A stretch of DNA of 64,000 nt, taken from contig CAZUWA010000001.1 of NCBI GenBank assembly GCA_964623895.1, positions 24,829-88,828 on the forward strand, written 5' to 3'. Origin of the DNA: an uncultured Lachnospiraceae bacterium. GTDB taxonomy: Bacteria; Bacillota; Clostridia; Oscillospirales; CAG-272. A program made the translations under genes and the position numbers. This document shows positions 20,955 through 30,515 of the stretch, in pieces (positions within the stretch are counted from its first letter, which is position 1; every line of letters starts with the position of its first letter). The notes under the pieces were generated by a model that was given only the letters and a program-made list of their open reading frames with translations, was not told the origin of the DNA and searched no databases.

Positions 20955-21875
20955 ATGGCTTTGAAAGCAAGGGGAAGAGTGATTGCGTCGGAGGGGGGAT
21001 TATATTTGATCTATACCGATAGCGGCGAACGGATCTCTTGTAAGCCGCGCGGACGGTTTCGCTACGAAAAGATGCGGCTGCTTGTCGGAGACATCGTAAC
21101 TCTCGGACGAGATGACGGCGGAAACTATGTGATCGATGATATCGGGGCGCGAAAAAATGCCCTCTTGCGTCCCCCGATGGCAAACTTAGATACTATGTAT
21201 ATCGTCACTGCGGCGGCAAGCCCTACCCCGATCTTTTTGAACATTGACAAGTTGACGTCGATAGCCGAGCAGAACAAGATCTCTGTTTCAATCGTGGTTA
21301 CCAAGAGCGATCTGAATGCCGATATGGCTGAAGAACTTGCTACGACCTACGGTAAGGCGGGATATAAAGTATATGTGACGGGTCTTGACGAAACGGAAGC
21401 GGCAGATTGTCTGCGTTCTGATATGATCCGTGAGGAGAAAGGAAAGATCTCAACTCTTGCAGGGGCATCCGGCGTCGGAAAATCGACATTGCTCAATCGT
21501 CTTTTCCCGACACTTAAGAGGCAAACAGGTGAGGTTAGTCGCAAGATCGGCAGAGGTCGTCATACGACGCGTTCGGTCAATCTTTTTCCGACGGCTGAAC
21601 TTTGTGGGGAAGGAGAAGGCTTTTTTGCCGATACTCCCGGCTTTTCGATGTTGAATTTCGAGAATTATGATTTTTTTGATGTGGAGGCTCTCCCGTTTAA
21701 CTTTCCGGAGTTTTTACCTTATCTAGGGCACTGCAAATACACGAAATGTACTCACTGCAAGGAAGAAGGCTGTCTCATTTTAGAGGAGGTTCAGAAAGGC
21801 AATATCGCAAAGACGAGACATAAGAGTTATTGTCTGCTGTACGATCAGTTAAAGAAAAAACATAAATGGGATTAA
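20955..21875 (+). CDS. rsgA: Ribosome small-subunit-dependent GTPase A
   Basis: Circularly permuted GTPase motifs (VVTKSDL ... GASGVGKSTLLNRL) and a C-terminal zinc knuckle CKYTKCTHCKEEGC. Internal ATG chosen at 20955. Confidence 0.9.
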   Translation: MALKARGRVIASEGGLYLIYTDSGERISCKPRGRFRYEKMRLLVGDIVTLGRDDGGNYVIDDIGARKNALLRPPMANLDTMYIVTAAASPTPIFLNIDKLTSIAEQNKISVSIVVTKSDLNADMAEELATTYGKAGYKVYVTGLDETEAADCLRSDMIREEKGKISTLAGASGVGKSTLLNRLFPTLKRQTGEVSRKIGRGRHTTRSVNLFPTAELCGEGEGFFADTPGFSMLNFENYDFFDVEALPFNFPEFLPYLGHCKYTKCTHCKEEGCLILEEVQKGNIAKTRHKSYCLLYDQLKKKHKWD

Positions 21876-21932
21876 ACCGTCACGATTTCCGTTTTTCCTG
21901 CATACAATGTAGCAGGAAATTAAAGGAGAGAG

Positions 21933-22022
21933 ATGGTTATGCGGATACTTGTGATGAAACCGCCGAAGATCTTTCTTCCGATCATTCGGAAGTGTTTCGG
22001 GATCGGCAAGGCAGTTCAATAA
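21933..22022 (+). CDS. spoVM: SpoVM-like small amphipathic sporulation peptide (29 aa, MVMRILVMKPPKIFLPIIRKCFGIGKAVQ); not in the ORF track
   Basis: AAAGGAGAGAG RBS sits directly upstream and its own terminator lies downstream. The sequence pattern resembles B. subtilis SpoVM (MKFYTIKLPKFLGGIVRAMLGSFRKD). It is located downstream of rsgA, as in the Bacillus cpgA...spoVM region. Confidence 0.6.
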   Translation: MVMRILVMKPPKIFLPIIRKCFGIGKAVQ

Positions 22023-22037
22023 AAAGGATCGTTAAAA

Positions 22038-22066
22038 AGAAGTGCAATGACGGCACTTCTTTTTTT
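22038..22066 (+). terminator. Rho-independent terminator after the spoVM-like ORF
   Basis: Stem AGAAGTGC/GCACTTCT with a 7-nt loop, followed by TTTTTT. Confidence 0.75.
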
Positions 22067-22094
22067 ACCGATTATTTGAAAGGGAGGTGTTTTT

Positions 22095-22469
22095 TTGGCA
22101 GAAGGAACAGGAAAATTACAAGTGGTGACTTTCACCGGTTTTCGGATCTTTCCGCTTGCCGAAGTGACGGTACAGATCAGAAGTGAAGAAGGGGAGAACA
22201 GTCGGATCTTGGCGGTGCGTAGGACCGATGCATCCGGAAAGAGTCCGCTTATCGATCTGCCGGTCAAAGGCATTTCTGATGATCCTTTTGTGCCAAACAG
22301 CGATCTTTATACCGTAGAAACATATAAAAAAGGTTTCCAAGCGGTAATTCTGCACGGCGTAAAGGTATTTGATGGGGTAACGACAGTACAAAACATAAAC
22401 ATGGTTGCCTTACCTGAACCTTTTGGAGGAGAATTGACGGAATATGACCAAGAGCAGGTGCTATCCTGA
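22095..22469 (+). CDS. Small beta-sandwich protein (carboxypeptidase-regulatory-like fold suspected)
   Basis: TTG start behind AAGGGAGGTG. The 124-aa sequence alternates beta-strand patterns. The function call is weak. Confidence 0.45.
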   Translation: MAEGTGKLQVVTFTGFRIFPLAEVTVQIRSEEGENSRILAVRRTDASGKSPLIDLPVKGISDDPFVPNSDLYTVETYKKGFQAVILHGVKVFDGVTTVQNINMVALPEPFGGELTEYDQEQVLS

Positions 22470-22481
22470 GGGAGGAAAAAG

Positions 22482-23894
22482 ATGGCAGAACTTGTTTTAC
22501 CAACCATTCCGGTGCAGATCGTTGTGCATTTGGGTACGGAAGGCTCGGAAGCGCCCAATATCAGCGTTGGTTTTTTGGATTACATCGCCAATGTTGCTTC
22601 GAACGAGATCTATCCGACTTGGCCGGAAAGTGCGATCGTTGCCAATGTCATTGCACAGGCGTCTTTTGCCCTCAATCGGGTATATACCGAATTTTACAGG
22701 AGCAAGGGTTATGATTATGATATCACTTCTTCTCCTGCTTCCGACCAGACCTATGATCCGACGGGCAGCGTTTTTGAGAATGTCAGAGAGATCGCGGGAA
22801 GATATTTTAACAGTTACATCCGCAGGGTAGGATCGGTCGAACCGCTTTATGCTCTTTACTGCGACGGAAATGTCACGCAATGTGCAGGACTTTCTCAGTA
22901 TGGCTCACGCGATCTCGCGGAGCAGGGATTTGAAGCGGTGGAGATCTTACGGTACTATTATGGGGATGATATTGAATTGGTGACCGACGTTCCGGTCGCC
23001 ACGGAGGAAGTGGAGATTGCCTTGCCTTTGGATCTCGGCTCTGTCGGAAACAGCGTTTTTGATGTTCAGCATCGTCTGAATCGCATTTCGGTGAATTACC
23101 CTGCGATTCCGAAAATTCCCGTGGAGGATGGTATTTTCGGTGAAGAAACGGCACGCTCGGTTCGTGAATTTCAAAAGATCTTCAACTTGCCGCAGACGGG
23201 GATTGTCGATGACGCCACGTGGTATCAGATCAGGGGAATTTTCAATGCCGTGAAAAAGTTGAACGAACTCTTTTCCGAAGGTCTGACTTTTGAGGATGTT
23301 TCATTACAGTATCCCGAATATCTATCGGAAGGGGATAGCGGTGTTTATGTCAGCATCATTCAGTATTATCTCAATTTCGTAAGCGCCTTTACGACCGATT
23401 TTACTGACATTCCGATCAACGGCGTTTATGATGGCGCAACTGTCGAGCAGGTGAAAAATTTCCAGATCTACGCCGGGCTCGTGCCGACCGGCATTATGGA
23501 TGTCGATACATGGAACGTGCTTTTTGATATCTATATCGGCATTGTTGAAAATCTTCCTGAGAATGCTGATGAAGGTGCAGCGCGCCCATTTCCCGGCATT
23601 ACTTTGCGATTCGGCAACAGTGGGGATGATGTTCTTCTTCTACAACAGTATATCAATACGCTTGCCGAATTTTATGACACTGTGCCTCAGATTAGTGAGG
23701 ACGGAATTTTCGGAAGCGAGACAAGGGATGCTGTCTATGCCGTTCAATCGCTTTTTGATCTGACGTTGGACGGCGCAGTAGATGCCATTACATGGGCGGT
23801 CATTGCCGATGAGTATGAAACAATCAGAAAGGGACTTCTTGAAAACGAGGATCAGTTTCCGGGGTATCTTATAGAGAGAGGAGAAGGACAATGA
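22482..23894 (+). CDS. SpoIID/LytB-like domain protein with three PG_binding_1 repeats (possible cortex/cell-wall lytic enzyme, SleC-like architecture)
   Basis: The N-terminal domain ends in LSQYGSRDLAEQGFEAVEILRYYYGDDIEL, a SpoIID-type tail. It is followed by three repeats of the pattern G..V..LQ..L...DG.FG..T..AV..FQ...L..TG..D..TW. Confidence 0.75.
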   Translation: MAELVLPTIPVQIVVHLGTEGSEAPNISVGFLDYIANVASNEIYPTWPESAIVANVIAQASFALNRVYTEFYRSKGYDYDITSSPASDQTYDPTGSVFENVREIAGRYFNSYIRRVGSVEPLYALYCDGNVTQCAGLSQYGSRDLAEQGFEAVEILRYYYGDDIELVTDVPVATEEVEIALPLDLGSVGNSVFDVQHRLNRISVNYPAIPKIPVEDGIFGEETARSVREFQKIFNLPQTGIVDDATWYQIRGIFNAVKKLNELFSEGLTFEDVSLQYPEYLSEGDSGVYVSIIQYYLNFVSAFTTDFTDIPINGVYDGATVEQVKNFQIYAGLVPTGIMDVDTWNVLFDIYIGIVENLPENADEGAARPFPGITLRFGNSGDDVLLLQQYINTLAEFYDTVPQISEDGIFGSETRDAVYAVQSLFDLTLDGAVDAITWAVIADEYETIRKGLLENEDQFPGYLIERGEGQ

Positions 23895-24397
23895 ACAATT
23901 ATCCGGTTGAAAGTGTGCAGCGATGGTTGCGGATCATTGAAAGTGGCGGGCAGCCGATTCCGAGAATTTTGGTTGACGGTGTATATGATCGACAAACGGA
24001 AGAAGCAGTGCGTATCTTTCAAGGTATCAACGGTCTACCCTCGACCGGGACGGTGGATTTTGACACATGGAATCTGCTGCGCACAGTCAGCAGAGAAATA
24101 GAGGAGCAGAACAATGAAAGTGCGCCTATTTATCCGTTTGAATACGCTCTCAAAGACGGAAAGGCGGTAAAGGGAGACCGTTTTTATCTCATTTACATTA
24201 TACAGGTGATGATCGACAGTATTGTTGTAAGCTACAACATTCCCCCACAACCGATCACGGGATTATATGACGATCAAACGGAGCAAAACATCAGCAGATT
24301 GCAGGGAATATGGAATATTCCCGTCACCGGAGAAACGGATAAACAAACATGGAATTATTTGGCGGAAGCATATAACGTCAATATGAACAAAGAATGA
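23891..24397 (+). CDS. Peptidoglycan-binding domain protein (two PG_binding_1 repeats)
   Basis: ATGA-coupled to the preceding gene. Repeats VDGVYDRQTEEAVRIFQGINGLPSTGTVDFDTWNLL and ITGLYDDQTEQNISRLQGIWNIPVTGETDKQTWNYL. Confidence 0.7.
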   Translation: MNNYPVESVQRWLRIIESGGQPIPRILVDGVYDRQTEEAVRIFQGINGLPSTGTVDFDTWNLLRTVSREIEEQNNESAPIYPFEYALKDGKAVKGDRFYLIYIIQVMIDSIVVSYNIPPQPITGLYDDQTEQNISRLQGIWNIPVTGETDKQTWNYLAEAYNVNMNKE

Positions 24398-24447
24398 ATT
24401 GAAAATGTGGCATGTTGACAAAAATCTGTTAAAAAAGCAAAATTGCC

Positions 24448-24476
24448 TTGACAAATTAAAAATCATCTTGTAAAAT
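24448..24476 (+). promoter_or_regulatory. Sigma-A-type promoter upstream of the LamG-GDPD gene
   Basis: TTGACA (24448-24453), a 17-nt spacer, then TAAAAT (24471-24476). Confidence 0.5.
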
Positions 24477-24589
24477 GTGTTCAGATGGTTTTCACAAAAT
24501 AAACATGAACACCGATATCCGAAAAATGGGACTGTTGCTGTTGCAGTAGTCCTATTTTAGGAAATAATCAAGTGAAAGGATGTAATACG

Positions 24590-27481
24590 ATGTTTATTAA
24601 GAGAATGCTTTGCTTTTTTATGGCAGCCCTGTTTATTTTCCCATTGCTCATGGTCGGAGGCTATGCCGAGGAATACAAGATCAGCGAGACCGGACTTGTG
24701 GCGTGGTATGATGCTGCCAAAAACGCAGGAGACAAATACGATCCCGATGCAACCGTATGGACAGACTTAAAGGGAGACAACGATATTTCCGTTGCGAAGA
24801 CAGAAACCAATTATTTTACCGAAAGTGCTTACCACCTTTCAAATGCATCGTATAATTTCCCGAAGGCGATCTTGGATGTGATCAACGGGGAGGAATTTAC
24901 TGTCGAAATTAAACTCGGTCAAATCGAAAAGACCGGTTCATCTTTTACGACGCTGATCAACAGCGATGGAAATGACAATTTTGCGCTCTTCATTCGAACT
25001 TCCGGAGACTATTTAGAATTTAAAGCCTCTTCCAACTCGAGACCAAAATATACAGGTGGAACAGCGTATTTTGAAGAATCTACCGTAGCGGTGACCTTTT
25101 CAATGTCCCAAAAGGTCTGCTCTGTGTATGTGGACGGTGTCGCCATCGGTTCTGTCAATATAACAAAAACGGTTGGTGCGGCAGGAAATTTGTTCTTTGG
25201 ACACACCGGAAGTACTAAGGCTCATACGGCAAATTATGAAGGCTTTCGCTTCTATAACCGTGCGTTGACTTCCGATGAGGTTGCAACCAATGCGAAAGCG
25301 GACGGCAATTATGATTTTGACTATGTTGCTCCAAAGGAGTTTGTGAATGTCGGACAGAAAAAGACCAACATTGCCGGCGGCATTGCTTTTGTGGAAGAGA
25401 TCCTCACGATGGATCAGGCACAAACGTTTTTAGGCAGAGAGAATATGCCGGCAGTGGCGATCATCTATGTCAACAAAGATCTGCTCTTGACCGATGATAA
25501 AGGCACGCTCTTGGGCGGCTCGCTTGCGGATTTGATGGCGATGTCCGATAATACTGTTATTCCTGCTTACTATGTTAAAGATGATACCACAGTGACGGCA
25601 TTGCTGGACTATTTGAAGAAAGAAGGTTATGAGGACTTTTATATTATGTCCGACAAACCCGACTTGGTGAAGGCGGCACGTGCGGAAATGACGATCGCGC
25701 GCGGAATCCTTGATTTGACAGCGCAATATGCAGACAAGACAGAGCTTGATAAGGAAGATCTCATAGCGATCAGAAAATTGGTCTTTTCAAATGACTGCAA
25801 GATTGCTGTATTGCCGCAATCTGTTGCTAACAAAGAAGATATCGGCACACTTTGCAAATGGCAGGTTACTCCTTGGGTGAAGGCAGACAAAGGATTGACC
25901 GGAAAGGTCGATGCATTGAGTTTGTTGCTCTCTTCTGCGTATGGCATTATTTCCGATAACACCGAACTGTTGACTACTGTCGCAACGAATACTCTGGTCA
26001 ATGGAACGCTTGCAAGAACACCGGTGATCATCGGGCATAGAGGTCTTGGAGGCATTACGACAGATGCGCCGGAAAACACTTTAAAAAGTGCGATCTTGGC
26101 TTATAATGCCGGTGCAAACGCTGTTGAATTCGATATATATATCACGAAGGACGGTAAAGTCGTTGCCAACCATAACTCAACGACGAATAAAATGGCAAAT
26201 ATTTCGGATGACAAATCCGTGTCTGTATCCATTGAAAACAGCAATTATGCCCAGCTCAAGCGGTATTACTATACCGGGTATTTCCTCAAAGATGAAAATG
26301 GAGAATTTATTCTCGATGAAAACGGGGAAAAGCAGGTTGACAAAACAATGAGTGTCGATCTGCTTGAAGATTACCTGAAGTATTTCAAGGGTAAAGACAT
26401 TCAGTTGGTGATTGAGATCAAAAGTACTCAGAAAGATCGGATTGTCAAAGCTGTAAAGACATTGATCGATCAGTACGAAATGTACGATCAGGTGAATATC
26501 ATCGCTTTTGGAAGAACCAATGCATTTGAGTCATTGCGTGAACTGTATCCGGAAATGAACATCGGCTATCTGACAGACAGCACCAATGCCAATAGTGACA
26601 GCAATAAAGCGATTCAAGCTGCGCTTTCTGAAATTCAAAAGTACAATATGACGTATAATCCTTCAAAGAAGGGATATACATCTGCCTTCGTGCGTGCTGC
26701 GACTTACAGAGGGGTTACCACGTGGCCTTGGACATTCTATAACGACAGTGAGATTTATCAATACATCACCTACGGACACGCAGGTATCACTACTGACTAC
26801 TCTACGATGATCACCGATTTTGTGCGTGATTTAAAGGCAACTTCTCCGGAAAATTGTGCGTCGGGCAGCAGTTTTGAAATTACCGTCAGCAAAATGACAT
26901 ATGGCAGAGAAGATATCATTGGTCTTGATGAGAATACCGAGATCATTCTCGTCGGTGGGGAAGAACTGGTCGATAAGCTCGATGGCAACAAGATCACACT
27001 GCGTGATGGTGCAGAGGGAACGCTTTATTACATGGTCTCTTACAAACAGACGATGAATAAAGATTACAACTACACGATCTATACCCAGCCGATCGCTGTC
27101 AATGTCGGCGGCACAGTTGCCGAAGGAGTCATCGTGACGGGATATGAAGGATATGTCACCGAAAATGAAGTAGAACTGTTCATCCGTTTTTCAGTGAGTT
27201 CGATTGGTAAAAAGATTTCTTTGACGGTCGGAGAAAAGACGGAAGAACTTACGGTTACAGAAAAAGGTGTGTCTGTGAAACTTGCAAAGACGGCACTGAA
27301 TGAAAGGATTACCATTCGCTTCGGTGAAGAGACTATAGTTGAGTATTCGCTGAATGATTATTTGACCGCGGTAAGTGCTCTTGAAAGTGCCACCACCGAG
27401 CAAAAAGCCGTTGCAAACGCGCTGTTGAATGGTGTGAATTACGGACAGTATCTCACGACAGTTAAAAAAGAAGAGGAGTAA
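24590..27481 (+). CDS. Secreted multidomain protein: LamG/concanavalin-like domain + glycerophosphodiester phosphodiesterase (GDPD) domain + C-terminal Ig-like region
   Basis: Signal peptide from the ATG at 24590. LamG-like N-terminus (FFGHTGS...FRFYNRALTSDEV). GDPD motifs IIGHRGL, APENTL, VEFDIYITKDGKVVANHN. Confidence 0.8.
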   Translation: MFIKRMLCFFMAALFIFPLLMVGGYAEEYKISETGLVAWYDAAKNAGDKYDPDATVWTDLKGDNDISVAKTETNYFTESAYHLSNASYNFPKAILDVINGEEFTVEIKLGQIEKTGSSFTTLINSDGNDNFALFIRTSGDYLEFKASSNSRPKYTGGTAYFEESTVAVTFSMSQKVCSVYVDGVAIGSVNITKTVGAAGNLFFGHTGSTKAHTANYEGFRFYNRALTSDEVATNAKADGNYDFDYVAPKEFVNVGQKKTNIAGGIAFVEEILTMDQAQTFLGRENMPAVAIIYVNKDLLLTDDKGTLLGGSLADLMAMSDNTVIPAYYVKDDTTVTALLDYLKKEGYEDFYIMSDKPDLVKAARAEMTIARGILDLTAQYADKTELDKEDLIAIRKLVFSNDCKIAVLPQSVANKEDIGTLCKWQVTPWVKADKGLTGKVDALSLLLSSAYGIISDNTELLTTVATNTLVNGTLARTPVIIGHRGLGGITTDAPENTLKSAILAYNAGANAVEFDIYITKDGKVVANHNSTTNKMANISDDKSVSVSIENSNYAQLKRYYYTGYFLKDENGEFILDENGEKQVDKTMSVDLLEDYLKYFKGKDIQLVIEIKSTQKDRIVKAVKTLIDQYEMYDQVNIIAFGRTNAFESLRELYPEMNIGYLTDSTNANSDSNKAIQAALSEIQKYNMTYNPSKKGYTSAFVRAATYRGVTTWPWTFYNDSEIYQYITYGHAGITTDYSTMITDFVRDLKATSPENCASGSSFEITVSKMTYGREDIIGLDENTEIILVGGEELVDKLDGNKITLRDGAEGTLYYMVSYKQTMNKDYNYTIYTQPIAVNVGGTVAEGVIVTGYEGYVTENEVELFIRFSVSSIGKKISLTVGEKTEELTVTEKGVSVKLAKTALNERITIRFGEETIVEYSLNDYLTAVSALESATTEQKAVANALLNGVNYGQYLTTVKKEEE

Positions 27482-27535
27482 TAACGCTTTTTGCTTCATC
27501 TGCGGATAGATGGATCACAACTGCATTTGAATAAC

Positions 27536-28969
27536 ATGAAAAAGTTTTTAGCAATCGTGTTTGTCGCGCTCTTGCTGTTGTCTGCATCGGCGTGTCAAGT
27601 GTCCAAAACCGAACCGCCTGTGGGAGGAGCGACTTATTCGGAAGTCGCTTCCTCCGAAACAGGTATAAATTACAGTTATCAAGCGCGTTTTTTCATGATC
27701 AATGACAATCACGGCGCATTTACCTCCTCCAATGACAGCACAGGCGTAGAGCGGATTGATACCCTTTTGACGATGCTTGAAAACGCCAACGGCGATTATA
27801 TCAAGATTGCCAACGGCGACCTGTTACAGGGCAGTTATGTCAGCAATAGCCTGCGCGGAAGACCGATGATCGAAGCATTAAATGAAATGAATTTCACTTG
27901 CTTTGTGATCGGTAATCATGAATTTGACTGGGGCATTGAGGAAATCGCTAAGTATGCGGATGGCATTCTTGACAATGGGGAAGCGGAATTTCCTTTTCTT
28001 GGTGCAAACATTGTCTATAAAGAGAGTGGCAAGCGCCCTGAGTGGATCGAGCCGTATACGATCGTTGAGCAAAACGGTCTTAAAGTCGGCATCATCGGGG
28101 TGATCGGCGATCGCCTTGAAAGCAGTATTTTATCTACAAAGGTCGAGGATTATGAATTCCTTCCGTATACTTCGATGGTTGGTGAATATGCCGCAGAGTT
28201 GCGAGAAGCCGGCTGTGATTCCGTTGTACTTGCCACGCATGAATATGAGCAGGGAACCAACAATACTATTGCGACTCTGTCCGACATTCAAGCGATCGAC
28301 GCTATCTTTTGTGCACACACGCACCAGAAGATCAATGATCAAGTGGCTCGTTCCGATGGCTACTTGATCCCTGTTTTGCAGAATTATGGCAACGGAGGCA
28401 CTGCTTCTGAACTTATTCTTGATTACAGCAGTGATAATTACCCGGTTGTTACTTCCAGACAATATAACATCCGTTCTTATGATTTAAGTGTTGAGATGAC
28501 GCAGAGCGTTATTGAGCGCTATAGAGAAGCAATCAAAAGTTCGGAGGAAATTATTACAGAGTTGCCGAATCCGCTCAGTAAATCCGAACTTGGTGTGCTT
28601 GCTTGCGATAGTATGAAATTTGAGTTTTCTGTTGACATCGGGGCGATCAACATAGCCGGTGTCCGTGCGACGATTGATCATACATCGGTGACGGCGGCGG
28701 ATCTTTACAAGGTCTTTCCGTTCGATAACTATATCGTTTTGGTTACCATCAGTGGGGAGCAGATCAAAGAATTGTATACAAGAAGCGGTAGCTTCTTGTA
28801 TTTCAACAGTGATTTTGATCCTTCCGATTTTTCGGACAAGGATGAGTATACTGTTGCTGTTGTTGACTATGTGTTTGAGTCTCCTTACTATACATACGTT
28901 TTCGATGGCAGCAATTATCAGTATACCGCGCAGCATTTGCGTGAACTGATGATTGAACATTTTTCCTAA
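27536..28969 (+). CDS. Bifunctional metallophosphatase/5'-nucleotidase lipoprotein
   Basis: Lipobox LSASAC from the ATG at 27536. Calcineurin-like motifs NDNHG, GDLLQG, GNHEFD, ATHEY, and a C-terminal 5'-nucleotidase domain. Confidence 0.85.
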   Translation: MKKFLAIVFVALLLLSASACQVSKTEPPVGGATYSEVASSETGINYSYQARFFMINDNHGAFTSSNDSTGVERIDTLLTMLENANGDYIKIANGDLLQGSYVSNSLRGRPMIEALNEMNFTCFVIGNHEFDWGIEEIAKYADGILDNGEAEFPFLGANIVYKESGKRPEWIEPYTIVEQNGLKVGIIGVIGDRLESSILSTKVEDYEFLPYTSMVGEYAAELREAGCDSVVLATHEYEQGTNNTIATLSDIQAIDAIFCAHTHQKINDQVARSDGYLIPVLQNYGNGGTASELILDYSSDNYPVVTSRQYNIRSYDLSVEMTQSVIERYREAIKSSEEIITELPNPLSKSELGVLACDSMKFEFSVDIGAINIAGVRATIDHTSVTAADLYKVFPFDNYIVLVTISGEQIKELYTRSGSFLYFNSDFDPSDFSDKDEYTVAVVDYVFESPYYTYVFDGSNYQYTAQHLRELMIEHFS

Positions 28970-29035
28970 GAATAAAGGAGAAAAACATCTACAAGATCAT
29001 ATTTGTTGATGTGTGATATGATTTCCAACAGAAAA

Positions 29036-29072
29036 ATGCCACGGCGTTGTTGCCGTGGCATCAGCTTTTTTT
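29036..29072 (+). terminator. Rho-independent terminator after the 5'-nucleotidase gene
   Basis: Stem ATGCCACGGC/GCCGTGGCAT followed, after 4 nt, by TTTTTTT. Confidence 0.75.
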
Positions 29073-29100
29073 GTTTAGAAAAACTGCTTTGTTGACAGTC

Positions 29101-29127
29101 AAAAGCACCGCAACGTGCGGTGCTTTT
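29101..29127. terminator. Bidirectional hairpin terminator in the convergent gap
   Basis: AAAAGCACCGCA-acg-TGCGGTGCTTTT, a perfect 12-bp stem including its A/T arms. Confidence 0.6.
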
Positions 29128-29147
29128 GAGCGTAAACGAATCTTCTA

Positions 29148-29732
29148 TTATATTGTTTTCATGTGGTATTTGAATTCCGTTATCCTTGTGCAAAGTGCCT
29201 CGGCATCAGCGCGGTCATGTGTGACAAGGAGAAAGGTTTTTCCTATTAAAAAGTCCTTTATAGGCGTGAAAAGCATCTTTTTACTTTCCTCGTCCAATCC
29301 TTTGAACGGTTCATCGAAGAGGTAGATCTCTCCATTAAGCGCGAGCGCACGTGCGATGACAGCGCGTTGCGCCATGCCGCCGGAGAGCTCGCTTGGGTAT
29401 TTTTTTGAATGTTCCTTCAAGCCAAACGTTATTAGCAATTCCATTGCGCGTGCTGTTGCGTGTTTTTCCTGAATGACTGCGGCGACGTTTTCAAGGACGG
29501 TAAAGGTGGGTAACAATCGTGGTTCTTGAAAAAGATATACAACTTCGCCGTTGACTTCTACTGTTCCGCTGTCAGGTTCTTCCAACCCTGCGATCAAACG
29601 AAGCAAAGTGGTTTTGCCACATCCGGAAGGGGCAATGATTCCCAAGCGCTCACAGGGGGCGACGTGCATTGAAAGTCCGTTTATGACCATCTGTGTATCG
29701 TATGATTTTTTTATATTCTTTAAAATGATCAT
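29148..29732 (-). CDS. ABC transporter ATP-binding protein (short, NitT/TauT-type)
   Basis: Walker [10 protein letters not shown], signature LSGGMAQR, Walker B IYLFDEPF. Only 194 aa. Confidence 0.85.
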   Translation of the reverse strand: MIILKNIKKSYDTQMVINGLSMHVAPCERLGIIAPSGCGKTTLLRLIAGLEEPDSGTVEVNGEVVYLFQEPRLLPTFTVLENVAAVIQEKHATARAMELLITFGLKEHSKKYPSELSGGMAQRAVIARALALNGEIYLFDEPFKGLDEESKKMLFTPIKDFLIGKTFLLVTHDRADAEALCTRITEFKYHMKTI

Positions 29733-30499
29733 TTTCGATACTTTCTCCTTTCATATAGCCAAAAACAACCTTCCATCAATTTTTCCAGTGTATAACTGCC
29801 GGTAACGACTAGCACGGTCCATGCGATCAGTTCGCTTGTCAGAAGATTTTCCTTTGAAAATTGCATATTTCCGCCTATGGTGTTCTTGATCCGTCCCAAC
29901 ACCTCAGCCGCAACACCGGCCTTGAAAGCCAGACCGAGCGCGGTGAGCATTGCCGTTTTGAAAAAGGGATAGACCTGCGGAATGATCAGATATTTGATTT
30001 TCTTTAAAAAAGAAAATCGGTAGCAATTTGCCATTTCGTAAAGTCCGACATCTTTACTTTTAAACCCGGCTTCTGTGTTTGCCCAGATGATCGGCAGGAC
30101 GATCAACACCGTGAGAATGCTCGGCATAGCATCGATCCCTCCCGACACTCGATAGAGGAGCATCATGAGGATCAGCACTACAGATGCGACTGGGGTAGCC
30201 TTGATTATTGACAAAAAAGGTGAAAAGAAGATGTGAAGAACCTCGACCTTTGCTGTCAATGCCGCAAGCCCGACACCGAAAAGAACGCCAACGAGATAGC
30301 CGGTTAAAATGTTGCGGAAGGTCGCAAAAATGCTCTTCCACAGCCCACCGCTCCTTGAAATATCAAAAAAAGCTTTGAGCGTTTCGATGGGTGTAGGCAA
30401 TATCCAACTTTCACCGATCAGTTCTGCGGCAATCCACCAGATCGCTATCCAAAGAGCGACTGATAGGGCAGTTAGTAGCGTTTTCACACTTCTTTTCAC
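29729..30499 (-). CDS. ABC transporter permease (NitT/TauT family)
   Basis: Six-TM BPD_transp_1-like protein, ATGA-coupled to the ATPase. Confidence 0.85.
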   Translation of the reverse strand: MKRSVKTLLTALSVALWIAIWWIAAELIGESWILPTPIETLKAFFDISRSGGLWKSIFATFRNILTGYLVGVLFGVGLAALTAKVEVLHIFFSPFLSIIKATPVASVVLILMMLLYRVSGGIDAMPSILTVLIVLPIIWANTEAGFKSKDVGLYEMANCYRFSFLKKIKYLIIPQVYPFFKTAMLTALGLAFKAGVAAEVLGRIKNTIGGNMQFSKENLLTSELIAWTVLVVTGSYTLEKLMEGCFWLYERRKYRK

Positions 30500-30515
30500 A
30501 GTTTAGTTCTCTCTT

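Noticed and set aside
21866-22186. A 106-aa track ORF spanning the rsgA-downstream gap.
   Set aside because: It has no RBS and reads straight through an intrinsic terminator. It is out of frame with the far better supported spoVM-like micro-ORF and with the TTG-initiated gene at 22095.
24529-24558. A hairpin with a short U-run in the 5' leader of the LamG-GDPD gene. I considered it as a possible attenuator.
   Set aside because: The stem is short and mismatched (5 solid bp plus wobble pairs), and I saw no alternative antiterminator or known riboswitch motif.
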